Shown here in pieces: positions 10,232-21,458 of a stretch of 33,819 nt of DNA. The notes below the pieces were generated by a model that was given only the letters and a program-made list of their open reading frames with translations, was not told where the DNA came from and ran no database searches. The translations under genes and the position numbers were made by a program. The stretch covers positions 1-33,819 of the forward strand of contig UYFQ01000298.1 in NCBI GenBank assembly GCA_900617105.1, in the 5' to 3' direction. This DNA is from Hydrurus foetidus (Eukaryota). Each line of letters starts with the position of its first letter. The stretch's first letter is position 1.

Positions 10232-13200
10232 GAGAGAATCTTTGCGAGACGGAAATGGTCGCGGAATGGGTCCTTTCAGATGACTGACCTACGGAAATGC
10301 CGAGGAAGAAGGAGTTCGCTCTTTCAATTGACTCGAGTAATGGGGTGGAGCCAAATAGCGAATTTTATCTCGGCACAGGATGCGTGTTTGTTATCGTGAC
10401 CTGCTACCTGGAAATGTCGTAGCTCAGTTTGGAGAATTCAGTGAGAAAGCCTTGAAGACGAAATGGAGGCTAATCAAGAGATTTTTCGACCAACTGTGAA
10501 CATTATCTGGGATCCGATACCGACCAATCGATGCGATTACCCATCGTCGATCAACCTCAGAGAGTACTACAGTTTAGAAGACAGCAGCACCGATCGAAAG
10601 ATGAAGATCAAGGTCGGAACCGCAATTTTGCGATGGGTTCCACACTCAACATCAGCTGCATTTTGTCAGTAATTTTATCGCACTATTCGAGGACTCTTTC
10701 TCTCGCTAAGGGGACGTCCCGCTTGCTCTCGCCATCGACCTGGCTGGAGATGATGCCAGCGAGAGTAGCCGATTCGAAACTGAGTACAGATTTAGTCAAC
10801 GATACATATGTTGTAAGTAAAAAGCAGATTCGATCCCACGACCCCCACGAACCTTTGATACTACGAGGAGTCCACTAGACCGCTAAGCTATGTGCGCTCG
10901 CGTGTGTTGAGGAGGAATATTATCGAAACACAAAGTTATCTAACTGAATGAAATAAAATAAAATAAAATAAAAAATTTGTTAACATAAAAACAAATAATG
11001 GTTGTAATTAGAAGGGAGATCAAGCAAAAATGCAGGGAGGTGATCAATTGAATGATAAATGTGCGAATAACAGAGAAGGAATTGAACCTCTACTAAAATC
11101 GCTTCATAAGAGGAATACGGAATATTATATAACTTTCTGTACTCCATACGAAATATGGGGTAATATTCCGTCACACTCCGATTTTTTTTGAAAACATTTC
11201 TGGACGTTCTCAGACACGTAGAAAATCATGATTAGCTGCTCAATCCGACACAAAGCTTCAACAGTTCCTCTCAATTAAATCAAAAATAAATAAATAAATA
11301 AATAAATGAAATCGTGGGTTGAAAAATAGAACAAAATGAAAAAATAAAATAAATGAGAGCGATTAAGTAGAAAATCAAGCAAGATACAGGAAGGAAATAA
11401 ATTGAACAGTAAAGAAGCGAATACGGAGGCTATATTCTGCTTTAATCACTGCACTTCTTATATCAAAGGTGCAATGAAATAGTTCGTCGAAGGAAAGAAA
11501 GAAGTAGTGGTTCGTTTTAGAATACGGAATATCATATGATTTTCTGTACTCAATACGAAATTCAGGGTATAATTTCGTCTCTGTCCGACTTTCTGGACTC
11601 CTTTGGAACATTAATGGATGATCGTAGACACAAGGCGATGAGATATCCGGGGTGTCATCGCCAGTGGTGGGTGTGCTGCTCGCGACAGCTTAGAAAAATA
11701 AAGATGATTGCACCAGAGCGGCACTGTACATGGAGGCAAAAAGCATTCTAGTACGATGAGAAGGCGGCTACCCGGTACAAGAAGACAAGAACGGATGCAC
11801 CAGAGCTGTACTTCCTACGGAAATATTCTTCTCTGTCTAGAAAGATGTGAAGGAGGGGGCTATCCTTGCGGAGGCTGCGAAAAGAAGTCCAACCCTGGTG
11901 ACGGTGCCGCAGGCAAGCGCGTCCGTTTGTTGGCTTACACGGTATGGCCCACCGGTTGTCTAATTATCAGGGCGTGCAGCGGACAGTGCTTCATCGCGGT
12001 GCACATCAGTGCAGCATGATGCAACACGGGCATGTCAGTAAAGCCCACTGCAGAGTAGAGTGGAGACCGCGTACCCGGAGATGGTTTCCGAGGAAAGACC
12101 GTCCCCTAAGGGGATTACCAACGAAGACTCCACAATCATGTCCATCGCTAGGGGCAGTAAAATTTTGCAGTAACGAAGATGAGTCCCTCGGGAGTGATGC
12201 ACAGTCCACCCTGGGTCTGATTGCATTGCAGAATTGTGTGCAACACAACACACTTTACATGCGGTGAGGTGTGGCGCAGTGCGGTGTAGCGCGACAGTGC
12301 TGTGCGGCTAGAGACTGTGCCATGCGACAGTGTATAGAACTATGCCGTGAGGTGTAATGCTGTGCAGTTCGACGATGTACAGGACGGGCTGGTTTGAATT
12401 CGCCCTCAAATCTCTAGGTCAAGTACATGACAGGCACTCGGACAGTCTGTCGCAATGTATCCCGTCGAGAAGGCAGCACCACAGTGAGCGGCGCGCAAGA
12501 CATTGTCTTCTAGGTGAGAGTGTATTGTTATAAGGAAATCGCAAGCGATCATGATAGTGATAAGTTGATTCGAACTTACGGCACCATGGTGTTGGTGGTG
12601 TGCGTATGCGTTGATGCTTTGTGGATTCAACACGATTAACCGATGTTGAATCCACACCCTGCGTAAGCAAAGAATGATGAGTATCATTTGAATGCGTACA
12701 ACATAGCAGTGATGGGTGTGACTGTCTGTGCATGTGTGACAGTGGCGTCTAGTGTATACTGTAGCCACTGTGCCTTGAAGGCGCAGCGCGGGCTGAGTAT
12801 ACACTATCTGAGGCGATGGAGCCGAAGATAGTAGACTGTCTTGGTGGGGCAGTCTTCACATGCGCAAGAAACAGCCCCATAGTGTTGTTTGGTGTGTTAG
12901 TTATGGGTGTGACTGTCTGTACATGTGTGATGAAACAGCCGGATGGTGTGGTATGTACTGTCTGTAGCCGTGTGGCTACAGAAAAAGCATTGGCCCAGTA
13001 CATGCTGCGACGGCTGGTTTCACTTGTGCAAGAAACAGCCCTGTAACGTATTAATGCAGTCTATGCACCTGTAACAAGCTTGATATGACAAGCCTCTGAT
13101 TGTACTTGTGTTATAGCACCTTGCACTGTCTACGGTACCTGTGTGTAACCGTAGAAAAGGCCCGACTGTCAATGTGAATGACAGTCCTGCCGTCAAATTG

Positions 13201-14493
13201 GCGGTAGAAAGCTCAGTGCATTGTATGTGTGTGTGCTATAGCCGCGTGGTATACTGTAGGTGTCAGTATACCACGCGGCTATAGCACTGGTAAGGGCGCA
13301 AGCACACGAGTGCGAAGCCCTTACCATAATCATATAAGAGAGCGGAGACTCATCATACCCGCACCAACATCACTTCTCAGAAATAAAGCGCGATGGTCGA
13401 CCGTCTCCGCAGATGGGCTGGCACATGGGCACGTTGAACCAGCACGAGGTGTGACAGAGGGCGCTGAGGTGTGGGGGGTGTCAGCGCATGATATCTAGAA
13501 ATTGAAAAATAAAGATGTCGAGAACTCTGGCCGGCGTCGTCGACCAGACGTACTGCAACCTCAGGGTCACATTGACGACGTACTGGCCTTTGGTGAGAAG
13601 TCAAAGGCCATAATAAGTTTAAAAAATAAAAATAAAAATGGATGTATCAGGAATGATAAAGGAGAGAAAAGGTAGACCCAATGAACGGGAGAGATCGTAT
13701 CCGGAATGGTCCGATTTCAGGCAAAGGATGGCATATCTGGCGAGCATGTTCTAGTGTGACTTAACCGTCCAAATCGGAGAGGACAGGAAGAAATGAAGTG
13801 GAGGGATGGATGTATGCTCGAAGAAAAACGATCTTAGATTCGTAGTCGGGGCCGCGTGTGGATCCAACAGCTTGCAATTGGGAATGCAGCATGCAATGTC
13901 GCTGTGCAGTGCGGTGCAGTAAGTGCAAACAGAGTAGTGAAGTGCAGTGAGATAGTCAGTGCAGTGCGGTGTACAGTGCAGCAGTGCGAAGTGCACAGAG
14001 AAAAGCAGTACAGTGAAGTGCAGTGCAGCGGTGCTTAACACGATGCTGTACAGTGCAGTACAGAGAGATGCAGTACAGTGTAGTGCCGCAAAGTGAAGTG
14101 CTAGTGCGTGACAAATGTTGGAGTAGCCCATCGTAGTCTCTTAGTCAAGAGGGTGAAGCTACAACGAGAATTATGGTAGCTGTGCGTGACAGGCGATCCA
14201 GCCTGGATTATGTCAAGAAATGAATACGGGCAGATAGGAGTAGGGTCAGAGCAGACTTGCTTAGGCAAAAGGTCGCAAGAATGGTCTCCCGCCAGATTGC
14301 TTCAGTGCGCATTTTTACAGAAAGAGGGGTGAGGTGCATCATTCCCATGCGCATACCGGGTGCCAATAAGGATTATCACGGGGACAGAGGGAAGCACGCA
14401 GCGGGATCTCAAGATATCATCACCCGAGCATGGTAGCGAGGAGACCGCTACCAACAGCATCAAGATAACCAGCAGCGCCCTAGGTTGTGGTGG

Positions 14494-15340
14494 GTGAAGG
14501 GCTTATCTGGGTCCAGGATCCATCCTATGCCAGCGCAGCCGACTGAGTCGGTGGCTACGCGGATAGGGTGGGCGGGCACTGGCAGGCGCGCGAGTGACGC
14601 CACCTGTAGGACAATCCAGTTACTTAATTATTAATTCAGAGTCCGATATCATCTGTACCTTATCGGTTTGAGGGTTATCTGATATGCTAATACCGCTAAC
14701 CGGAAGGTACGGTATCATATGACCGGGCAGCGGCCGGAATGCAGTGGAATAGAATTAGAGGATACCCGGAGCTCGCCGGAGGGTAGGATAGGTTCTCTGG
14801 ACCGGAATTCCAAGTAACCGGGCATTCCCGTATAATCTCTAGTCTTCCATCCACATGATTTATTGTTGAGAGACGCAAGTCTCACTGCATAGCTACTTTA
14901 GATAGAAGCATCACATGTTTTGAAACCTGCGGTCTCGACTTGATTGCAGAGTTTGTGCACTGCTCCTGCTTGCTAGTCATTGCAGCAGCGTAGCATGCTT
15001 TTATTTACCCCGTAGCCAACCATGCCTATTATAGATTTTTTGTAAACGTGTTTTGTCTGACCGCACGTGCGCCAGCCAGTGAAGGGCTTATCTGGGTCCA
15101 GGATCCATCCTATGCCAGCGCAGCCGACTGAGTCGGTGGCTACGCGGATAGGGTGGGCGGGCACTGGCAGGCGCGCGAGTGACGCCACCTGTAGGACAAT
15201 CCAGTTACTTAATTATTAATTCAGAGTCCGATATCATCTGTACCTTATCGGTTTGAGGGTTATCTGATATGCTAATACCGCTAACCGGAAGGTACGGTAT
15301 CATATGGCCGGGCAGCGGCCGGAATGCAGTGGAATAGAAT
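14494..15340 (+). repeat. Split direct repeats B1 (14494-14755), A2 (14756-15007), 71-bp spacer, B2 (15079-15340)
   Basis: B copies are 262 bp with one substitution seen (catatgAccgg / catatgGccgg). Confidence 0.95.
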
Positions 15341-18158
15341 CTTTGTGTGTTACCAGATCGAGTAATGTATACTCTGCGAAGTTATGACTTATAACTCGCA
15401 TTGGGCCACGCCACAGTGTGTGCATGCGTGTTTCTGGTGTTGTTCTTTTTTGCACGAGCACAAATGTGTCGACTCCGAACTGTGTGACGTTGGGAGGTTG
15501 TTGTGCATTGTGCAAGTCGTCGGATTCCTTGCGTAGACGTGCGGTGATTTCGATGAGTTCATCTTGCAACGTTAACATTTTATCAGTTGACCGTGTGAGT
15601 GAGTCGAAATATAAATCAATTTCATACCTCGGAAGGAGGATGTTTGCGTCGAGGTCGATCGCGTTGCCGTAGATGAGTTGTGCCGGAGACACTTTCATCC
15701 GGTCATTTACGGTTGAATTTAGTATTCTTTGTACAAACGGTAATATTTCTGCGTAGTTTTCCGTAGTTGCCCGTTCGTATGCGTACGCGGTTATATGGCG
15801 ATTGATTTCTTTGTTGATACGTTCGACGATAGCGTTTTCTTCTGAACAGTATGGTAATATTTTGTTGTGTGTTGTTCCAAGAATTTTCACAAACTCATCT
15901 ATGATGTGGCTTGCGAAGTGGGGTCCATTATCTGATCGAAGTATACACGGTGAGCGGTATCGCCCCACGTGTTCTACAAGTGCTGTGCACGCTGATTTAG
16001 CTGTTGCATCAGGTGTTGCGTAGAGTTCGACAAACCTTGAGGAAGTGTCGATCATAACAAGGATATATCCTTTATCAGGGAATGGGCCAATGAAGTCTAT
16101 GTTAAGGCATTCCATTGGTTTATACGTTGACGTTGTGTATCTGTAGGCGTTGATTTATTTCATCGCCGACATCTTTTCGCAACAAGGACAATTTTTTACG
16201 AATGTTTTCACTGCGTTACGCATTCCCATCCATATGTTATTTGTTTTCTTTAAACTTTTCTTTAAAAACGTAAGTTTTTGTGGTCTATTAGGATTGTGAA
16301 TTTACGATCTCGCAGCAGTGCGTCGAGATAAGTACAGCAATAATATAGCGCGAAGGCTTCTTTTTGTATTACTGACCATTTCAGTTGAGTCTTGGTAAGA
16401 GACTTGCTGACAAGAGCGACGAGTTGTTTTTCTCCGTCGACTTCTTGATACAAATAGCCGCCGATCCCGTAATCCGACGCATCGGTCATAAGGGTTATGG
16501 CCGCTGTATCGTGTATGAAATATAATAAAGGACTCCTTGCAATATGATCTTTTATCTTTTGAAAAGAATTTGCGGCGTCATCTGTCGAGATTAGCATCGA
16601 TTGCTTTTTCGCGGCGTGATCAATCATTTTATGTGTCTGCTTTTTGTGAACCTAATCTTGCTAACATTTGTTTAATATTAGGGATTGGCCAGCTTGCTGA
16701 TTCCGTTGCGTCGTTGAGGTGACGATAGTCAATACAGAATCGGTATGAACCGTCGGGCTTTGCCGCAAGTGTTACTTGCGAATAGTATGATGCCTCTATG
16801 TTGTACCCTGTTCAAGCATAGTTTCAACTTGTTTGCGGATTTCGACTTGTTTTCGTGTAGACGTTGGTCTGGGTGCCACGCGGTTTTTGAAAACTTTCCA
16901 CTCTGGATCCCGTATGGGTAGTCCAAAGGGGGGAATTCGCGCGGGCTCTGGTCCGAGTTTGTTGTTGAATAGCTTTATGTGTTTAACACAAATTGCTTTA
17001 ATTCTTGCTTTTTGTTCAGGGGCACCATCGATTTGTATTAGATCGATGAGGTACATTTTGTCCTCTGTCGGATTGTCTTGGAAAGGAGCGAAGGTATCCT
17101 TCGACTTGTAGTCAATCTCTTCGGGTCCGAAGGGTTGAACCTCTGGGAGTTCTTCACGCTCCCGGAGTAGAGCAGCAACTAAACCACGTGTTTGGGCTGG
17201 TGCCTTGGATGAGGGAGTAGGAGTAGCTACTTCCGGACTCCTGTCGGTTGTTAGACCTAAATCACCTTGTCGGGGAGGTGACAACAAAACTGCTGCCTCT
17301 ACCGTAGGGTGCAAAATGAACTCATCAGAATCTAGCCTAGCCGCTGCCGCAGCTAAGCTAGTGGGACACCCACATGAAGTAGTGCATGTCTTGCTTGTAC
17401 AAGCACCTCGAGCCACCAGGTCGTCTTACCATCGACTGTCTGCGTCTGAGGGTTTTGTCCCCTCCAGGCTAGTTATAACCGGAGGTAAGGTTGGATCTTT
17501 AATACTTGTGACTGTGTCCGACTCTGCTTCTAGCAGGAGTGGAACGTCCACTTGATTTATCACCATGTTTGTGGACTGGTCGAGTTTTTGTATTTTTGAC
17601 ATGTGTGTCATGTTTTTTCTGTTACTACGTTTTCTGGATTTTGGAGGAATTCCGGAATAAGTTTGACAAAATTTAATTTTCTAATAGTCTGTAATCCTAA
17701 GATTAAGTCGACTTTTGAATCTTCTGCAATTCGCACCGGAAGAGAAAAAGTGTGTTGATAAGAGTTTTTTTAAATGATACAATAATATCAAGCACACGTG
17801 TTGATTTAATACATTGGTTGTTTAAACCCGAGCACATCCATAAGGGAGTGTCTGTTGGGCGCAGGTGGGGTTCGCCCCGTAGGTCCCGGAGGACTATACG
17901 GTTGATTACGTCCCCGACCTGGCATCCGGTGTCGATTTGGGCGAGTGCGTCGATTCCCTCACTTTGGGGCGTACTTTGAGGACGACGAGGATGAGGAGGA
18001 GCTAGCATTGGAGTCTCGGTCGCGGTTGGAGAAATCTCTGTCGCGGTTGGAGACGTCTTTCTCTTTTTCCGTGTTGCGCGAGTCGTCTTTGCGGCTGGAG
18101 TCGCGGTCGCGACTGTTGGAGTGACTGTCGTTGCGATGGTTGGGCTGGAAGTTTGCCA
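15341..18158 (-). pseudogene. pol: Gypsy B pol remnant: protease, RT N-terminus, RNase H, integrase core; RT core and RH-IN linker deleted
   Basis: AQIDTG (~17930); YRFCIDYR (~16730); jump from GSQKADT to MIDHAAKK at ~16630 removes the YxDD region; TDASDYGIG; CLNIDFIGP, SDNGPHF, ENAIVERINK. Confidence 0.92.
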
Positions 18159-19833
18159 TCAGGTCTGTGGAAGAGATATGTGTACTTGTAAGTAATCCTC
18201 TATATTTTCAGGCAGTACTGCGGAAAGTAACATTTGCATGGTGGGTGTGCTGCGACTTTCGTCGAGGTTTTTCACATGCATAGCGGTAAGGTGTAACTTA
18301 CTTTTGCCTTTGTAGTTTGAGTTTGCGTGGGAACCACTTGGCTTGTTGCCACACTCGCTGTTGCGATCGTCTGACTGACGATCGTTGTTGCGGTTGTTGA
18401 ACTTATTGTTGTTGTTGTTGTTCTTGTTCTTGTTGTTGTTGTTTGGGCGGCGTGGGTCCTGGGTCTTAGGAGGTCCCATGTCCATCTCAACGTCGTCGAC
18501 TGGGTAGACGAACGTCGACGCACCCGGATAGTTTGTGAGGTGGGTTTTCTCGTTGTTGACATAGGTCTCGTGTTTAAAGTGGGAATGCCCGATGCGTTTG
18601 AAATCCTGCCCAATGGAAGAAGTGTTCCATGTGGCGTGGGAGCTGTTGCAGTGCGGGTTCATAAAGAGCGGACAGTTGTACCGATTATGAGTTGTCATTC
18701 CGCACGTGTGACATACGTCTGTTGTTCGGCTAATGCCTTCGTTGTCGGGACGACGTTTGGGAATGGTCTTGTATGATGCGGATAGGTCAGTGGACGCGGA
18801 TGTGGACAGTTGGGTATCGGGATCTTCTTAAGGGGGAAGCTTGGTGGTGAAGGTATAGCTTAGTCCCCCCATCTTGTCAGCGTCCGTAACTGTCTCGCGT
18901 GACGCTTGGAGACAGATGACAAGACGGGCGAGCATTTCCCTGATGTTGTCCTTTTTCCTTTCTTTGGCTGCCACTTTGGTCAAGTCCATGAAATTTTCAG
19001 TGAACTTGTTGCCTGGTGGGAGCTTTTTGTAGAATATCTTGCAGATATCGTCCTGGCGATCAGTATCGATGTTGTCATACTTGTTGTAGAACCCCAGGAT
19101 AATGTCGCGGAACGCGGCGATGGAAGTGTGTTCCAGTGCACCGTTCAGCCAACTGAATTTGAACTGAAATTTCCTCAGTTTGAGGTCGACGTCGTATGTG
19201 GATTGCGTACGTCTGTTAATGAAGTAGATTGTTTTAAGATCTTCTGCCATTTCTTTCAGAGTTAGCTCACCATCCGGTAACTCTGGCCACGTCATACATT
19301 GGGCGGGGGTGTAGCTGACGAGCTTCGTATTTTGCAAGAGTCCATCACGAATGGTGTCGAGTGCCTTATCCAGCGACTGCCAACCCGCGCTGAAACCAGG
19401 ACGGTGTGCCTGTTGGTAGGACAGGCGGGCGGACCCGTCCATGTCCTTCAACAGTACGTCCCTACCCATGTAGGACGCCTCCTTCATGTTGAAAAGGGAG
19501 GTCGTCATGTTTTGGTGACGCGGGATTTGGTTACGTTGGGGTTGTTCGATGCCCGCATCTTCTGTTTTGCGTTTGCGTATAGGGTTCTCCACGGCCTTCG
19601 GTTTCGAAGCCGGGACCTTTTTCGCTGGTGCTTTAGCAGTGCGTTTGGCAGGTTTGGCCGTGCCTCTTGAGGGTGGTTGCTCTGGTGTGGGTTTGACTAC
19701 TCGGGGGGAGCGTCTTTTGGCAGGTGATTTGGCCTCTGCGGGCTTTTGGGTGTCGGGTTTGGCTGTGAACGGATCTTCGGAGTCGGACGGGACTTGACTA
19801 CCTTCATCCGATGAGGGTTCGTTGTAATTTTCA

Positions 19834-19880
<47 letters not shown>

Positions 19881-20344
19881 TTCCTCACCGGTTTCCTCCT
19901 CCCTGCCCTCCTTGTCTGATTCAGGGTGGGAGTCCGATGTCACTTTGCCGTCGGCTGTTTGATCGTCCTTATCGCCGTCTCCCTCCTCGTCATTCTGTTG
20001 GGTCGGATTGCCACCTTGGTTTTCCTCCTTGTCGATGTTGTCGAGGTTGTCCGGTGATAAGGTGGCGGGTTCACGGTGTGAAACGACCTCGCCAGTGATC
20101 GACATGAATTCGGAAAGACTTTTTCCTTTTCATCTGTCTCGCCCTCCAATATGGAGAGACGTTTGCGCTCTGCTATGCGCGTGTTATGCCTCTTGGCTTG
20201 TTTTGCCTTGTGGGCTTTTTGTTCGTCTTCGATGCGGCTTTTAGTGTCTGTAGCCTTGATGGCTTTTTGATGAGCGCCACCGTCGAAGCTGCGATATTTT
20301 CCTCGCATCGCCTGGCGACTTTTTTGAGACGTTCCTTTTCCCAT
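17959..20344 (-). pseudogene. gag: Gypsy B gag with acidic tract, CCHC zinc knuckle and Asn-rich region; candidate intron 18165-18301
   Basis: ORFs 18828-20105 and 18159-18698 are in one frame, separated by an in-frame TAA; CHTCGMTTHNRYNC = CX2CX4HX4C; (GAGGAC)n coding repeat at ~19835-19880. Start codon uncertain. Confidence 0.8.
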
Positions 20345-20979
20345 TTGAGGGTCAGGCGTTCATCACCTAGAAGCGAAGAGTTGAAGCTGACCGAGCTAGA
20401 GCTCTGTTTCTTGTCTTTTTGGCTCCATCTTGAATTTTGGTCGGGACTTATTTTGATGGAACTGAGCGTCTTCGACAGCGACGGAACTCGGACGCGGTGA
20501 TTCAGGGAAATTAGGAGTAGGTTCGTCAGGGATGGAGACTGGTAGGTTAAGAGTGTGGCAGTAGAAGTCAGGGGGATTGGATTACTTTCGTGCGATTTCG
20601 GGAGGAAATCGCGTCGAAAGTTGGGAGCGTTGGACGGCTTCGTGGGCAACGAAGTTGGGCAGGCGCGTTGGAGCTTTCGTTTTAGAAACGATTTGTATGG
20701 TTTCACTTGCTTGCAAATTACTCTCTTTCTTCAGCCTTCGTTTTCTGAAGAGCTCGAGGAGATGTCGTCGAAAGTCGTCGGGACGAACTTCTAAACGAGG
20801 GCGTTCTGGAGGCTGTCGATTTGACAGAGTATTTCTAGTGTCGTTAGACGTTGTTTTCACTTTAAAAAGTTACTCGCTTTCGCTTGGCACGACTGTTCGA
20901 CGGTCGTGGCAAGGATTTTTTTGTTGATTTTGGCAACTGGTCTCTGAAGGAGATCCTAGTTGGTTCCAAATACCGGTAT

Positions 20980-21196
20980 TGTGGCCTTGCTAGGTCTCAG
21001 GGCAACGGCAGCGGAGGTCTGCGGGCACGTGGACAAAGGGAAGATGCTATGGGGCTAGTGCTATGATAGTAATGTGTTTAGCTTACAGGTAAACACAGCA
21101 GATATCATGGCAATGAATCGTGTGGATCGGATCGTCCTCGATCCGAACCGGACGTACGCCTGTACCCGTACAGCCCGTACGGGTGTTCGGGTCACA
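20980..21196 (-). repeat. 5' LTR of Gypsy B (217 bp)
   Basis: Direct repeat of 9257-9474. Confidence 0.92.
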
Positions 21197-21458
21197 GGGG
21201 GCTCTCTTCTACCCAGAGGGATTCTCACACTGGTCCCGCCTGATTTTTGAAAAAATGAAATACCCTGAAGCGATCAGCGGTTTTGCATATGCAGTTGGCA
21301 TGTGCATTTGGCATTTGCATTTGGCATGTGCAGTTGGCATGTGCCGTTACAGCAAACAGGAGCACAATTTTCATCCAGCAGTCATACACAGGTAGGAGCC
21401 AGTCCCAACTTTACAGCACATTCTTATACTTCGGTGATTAAATATTCCCTCCGACGTC

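Larger units (their letters stand above)
9979..15340 (+). mobile_element. Split-direct-repeat element (A1-body-B1-A2-B2), DIRS-order Ngaro/PAT-type architecture, no intact ORFs
   Basis: A1 9979-10231 = A2 14756-15007; B1 14494-14755 = B2 15079-15340; B1 and A2 abut; removing 9979-15340 restores integrase LVTHK-E-KLYH with no duplication. Confidence 0.85.
9257..21196 (-). mobile_element. Ty3/Gypsy chromovirus-like LTR retrotransposon, family B, both LTRs present, non-autonomous (internal deletions, nested insertion)
   Basis: Direct LTRs 9257-9474 and 20980-21196 with TG..CA ends, GGGG on both flanks (likely 4-bp TSD), PPT, gag-PR-RT-RH-IN-chromodomain order on the minus strand. Confidence 0.93.

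Noticed and set aside
12260..14131. Cys/His-rich short ORFs
   Set aside because: Derived from GTGCA/CAGTG low-complexity tracts.
9979..15340. Nested ordinary LTR element
   Set aside because: Termini are different sequences (A vs B), with no TG..CA, PPT or TSD.
15418..20927. Plus-strand ORFs opposite Gypsy B
   Set aside because: Antisense shadows of gag/pol with no independent evidence.
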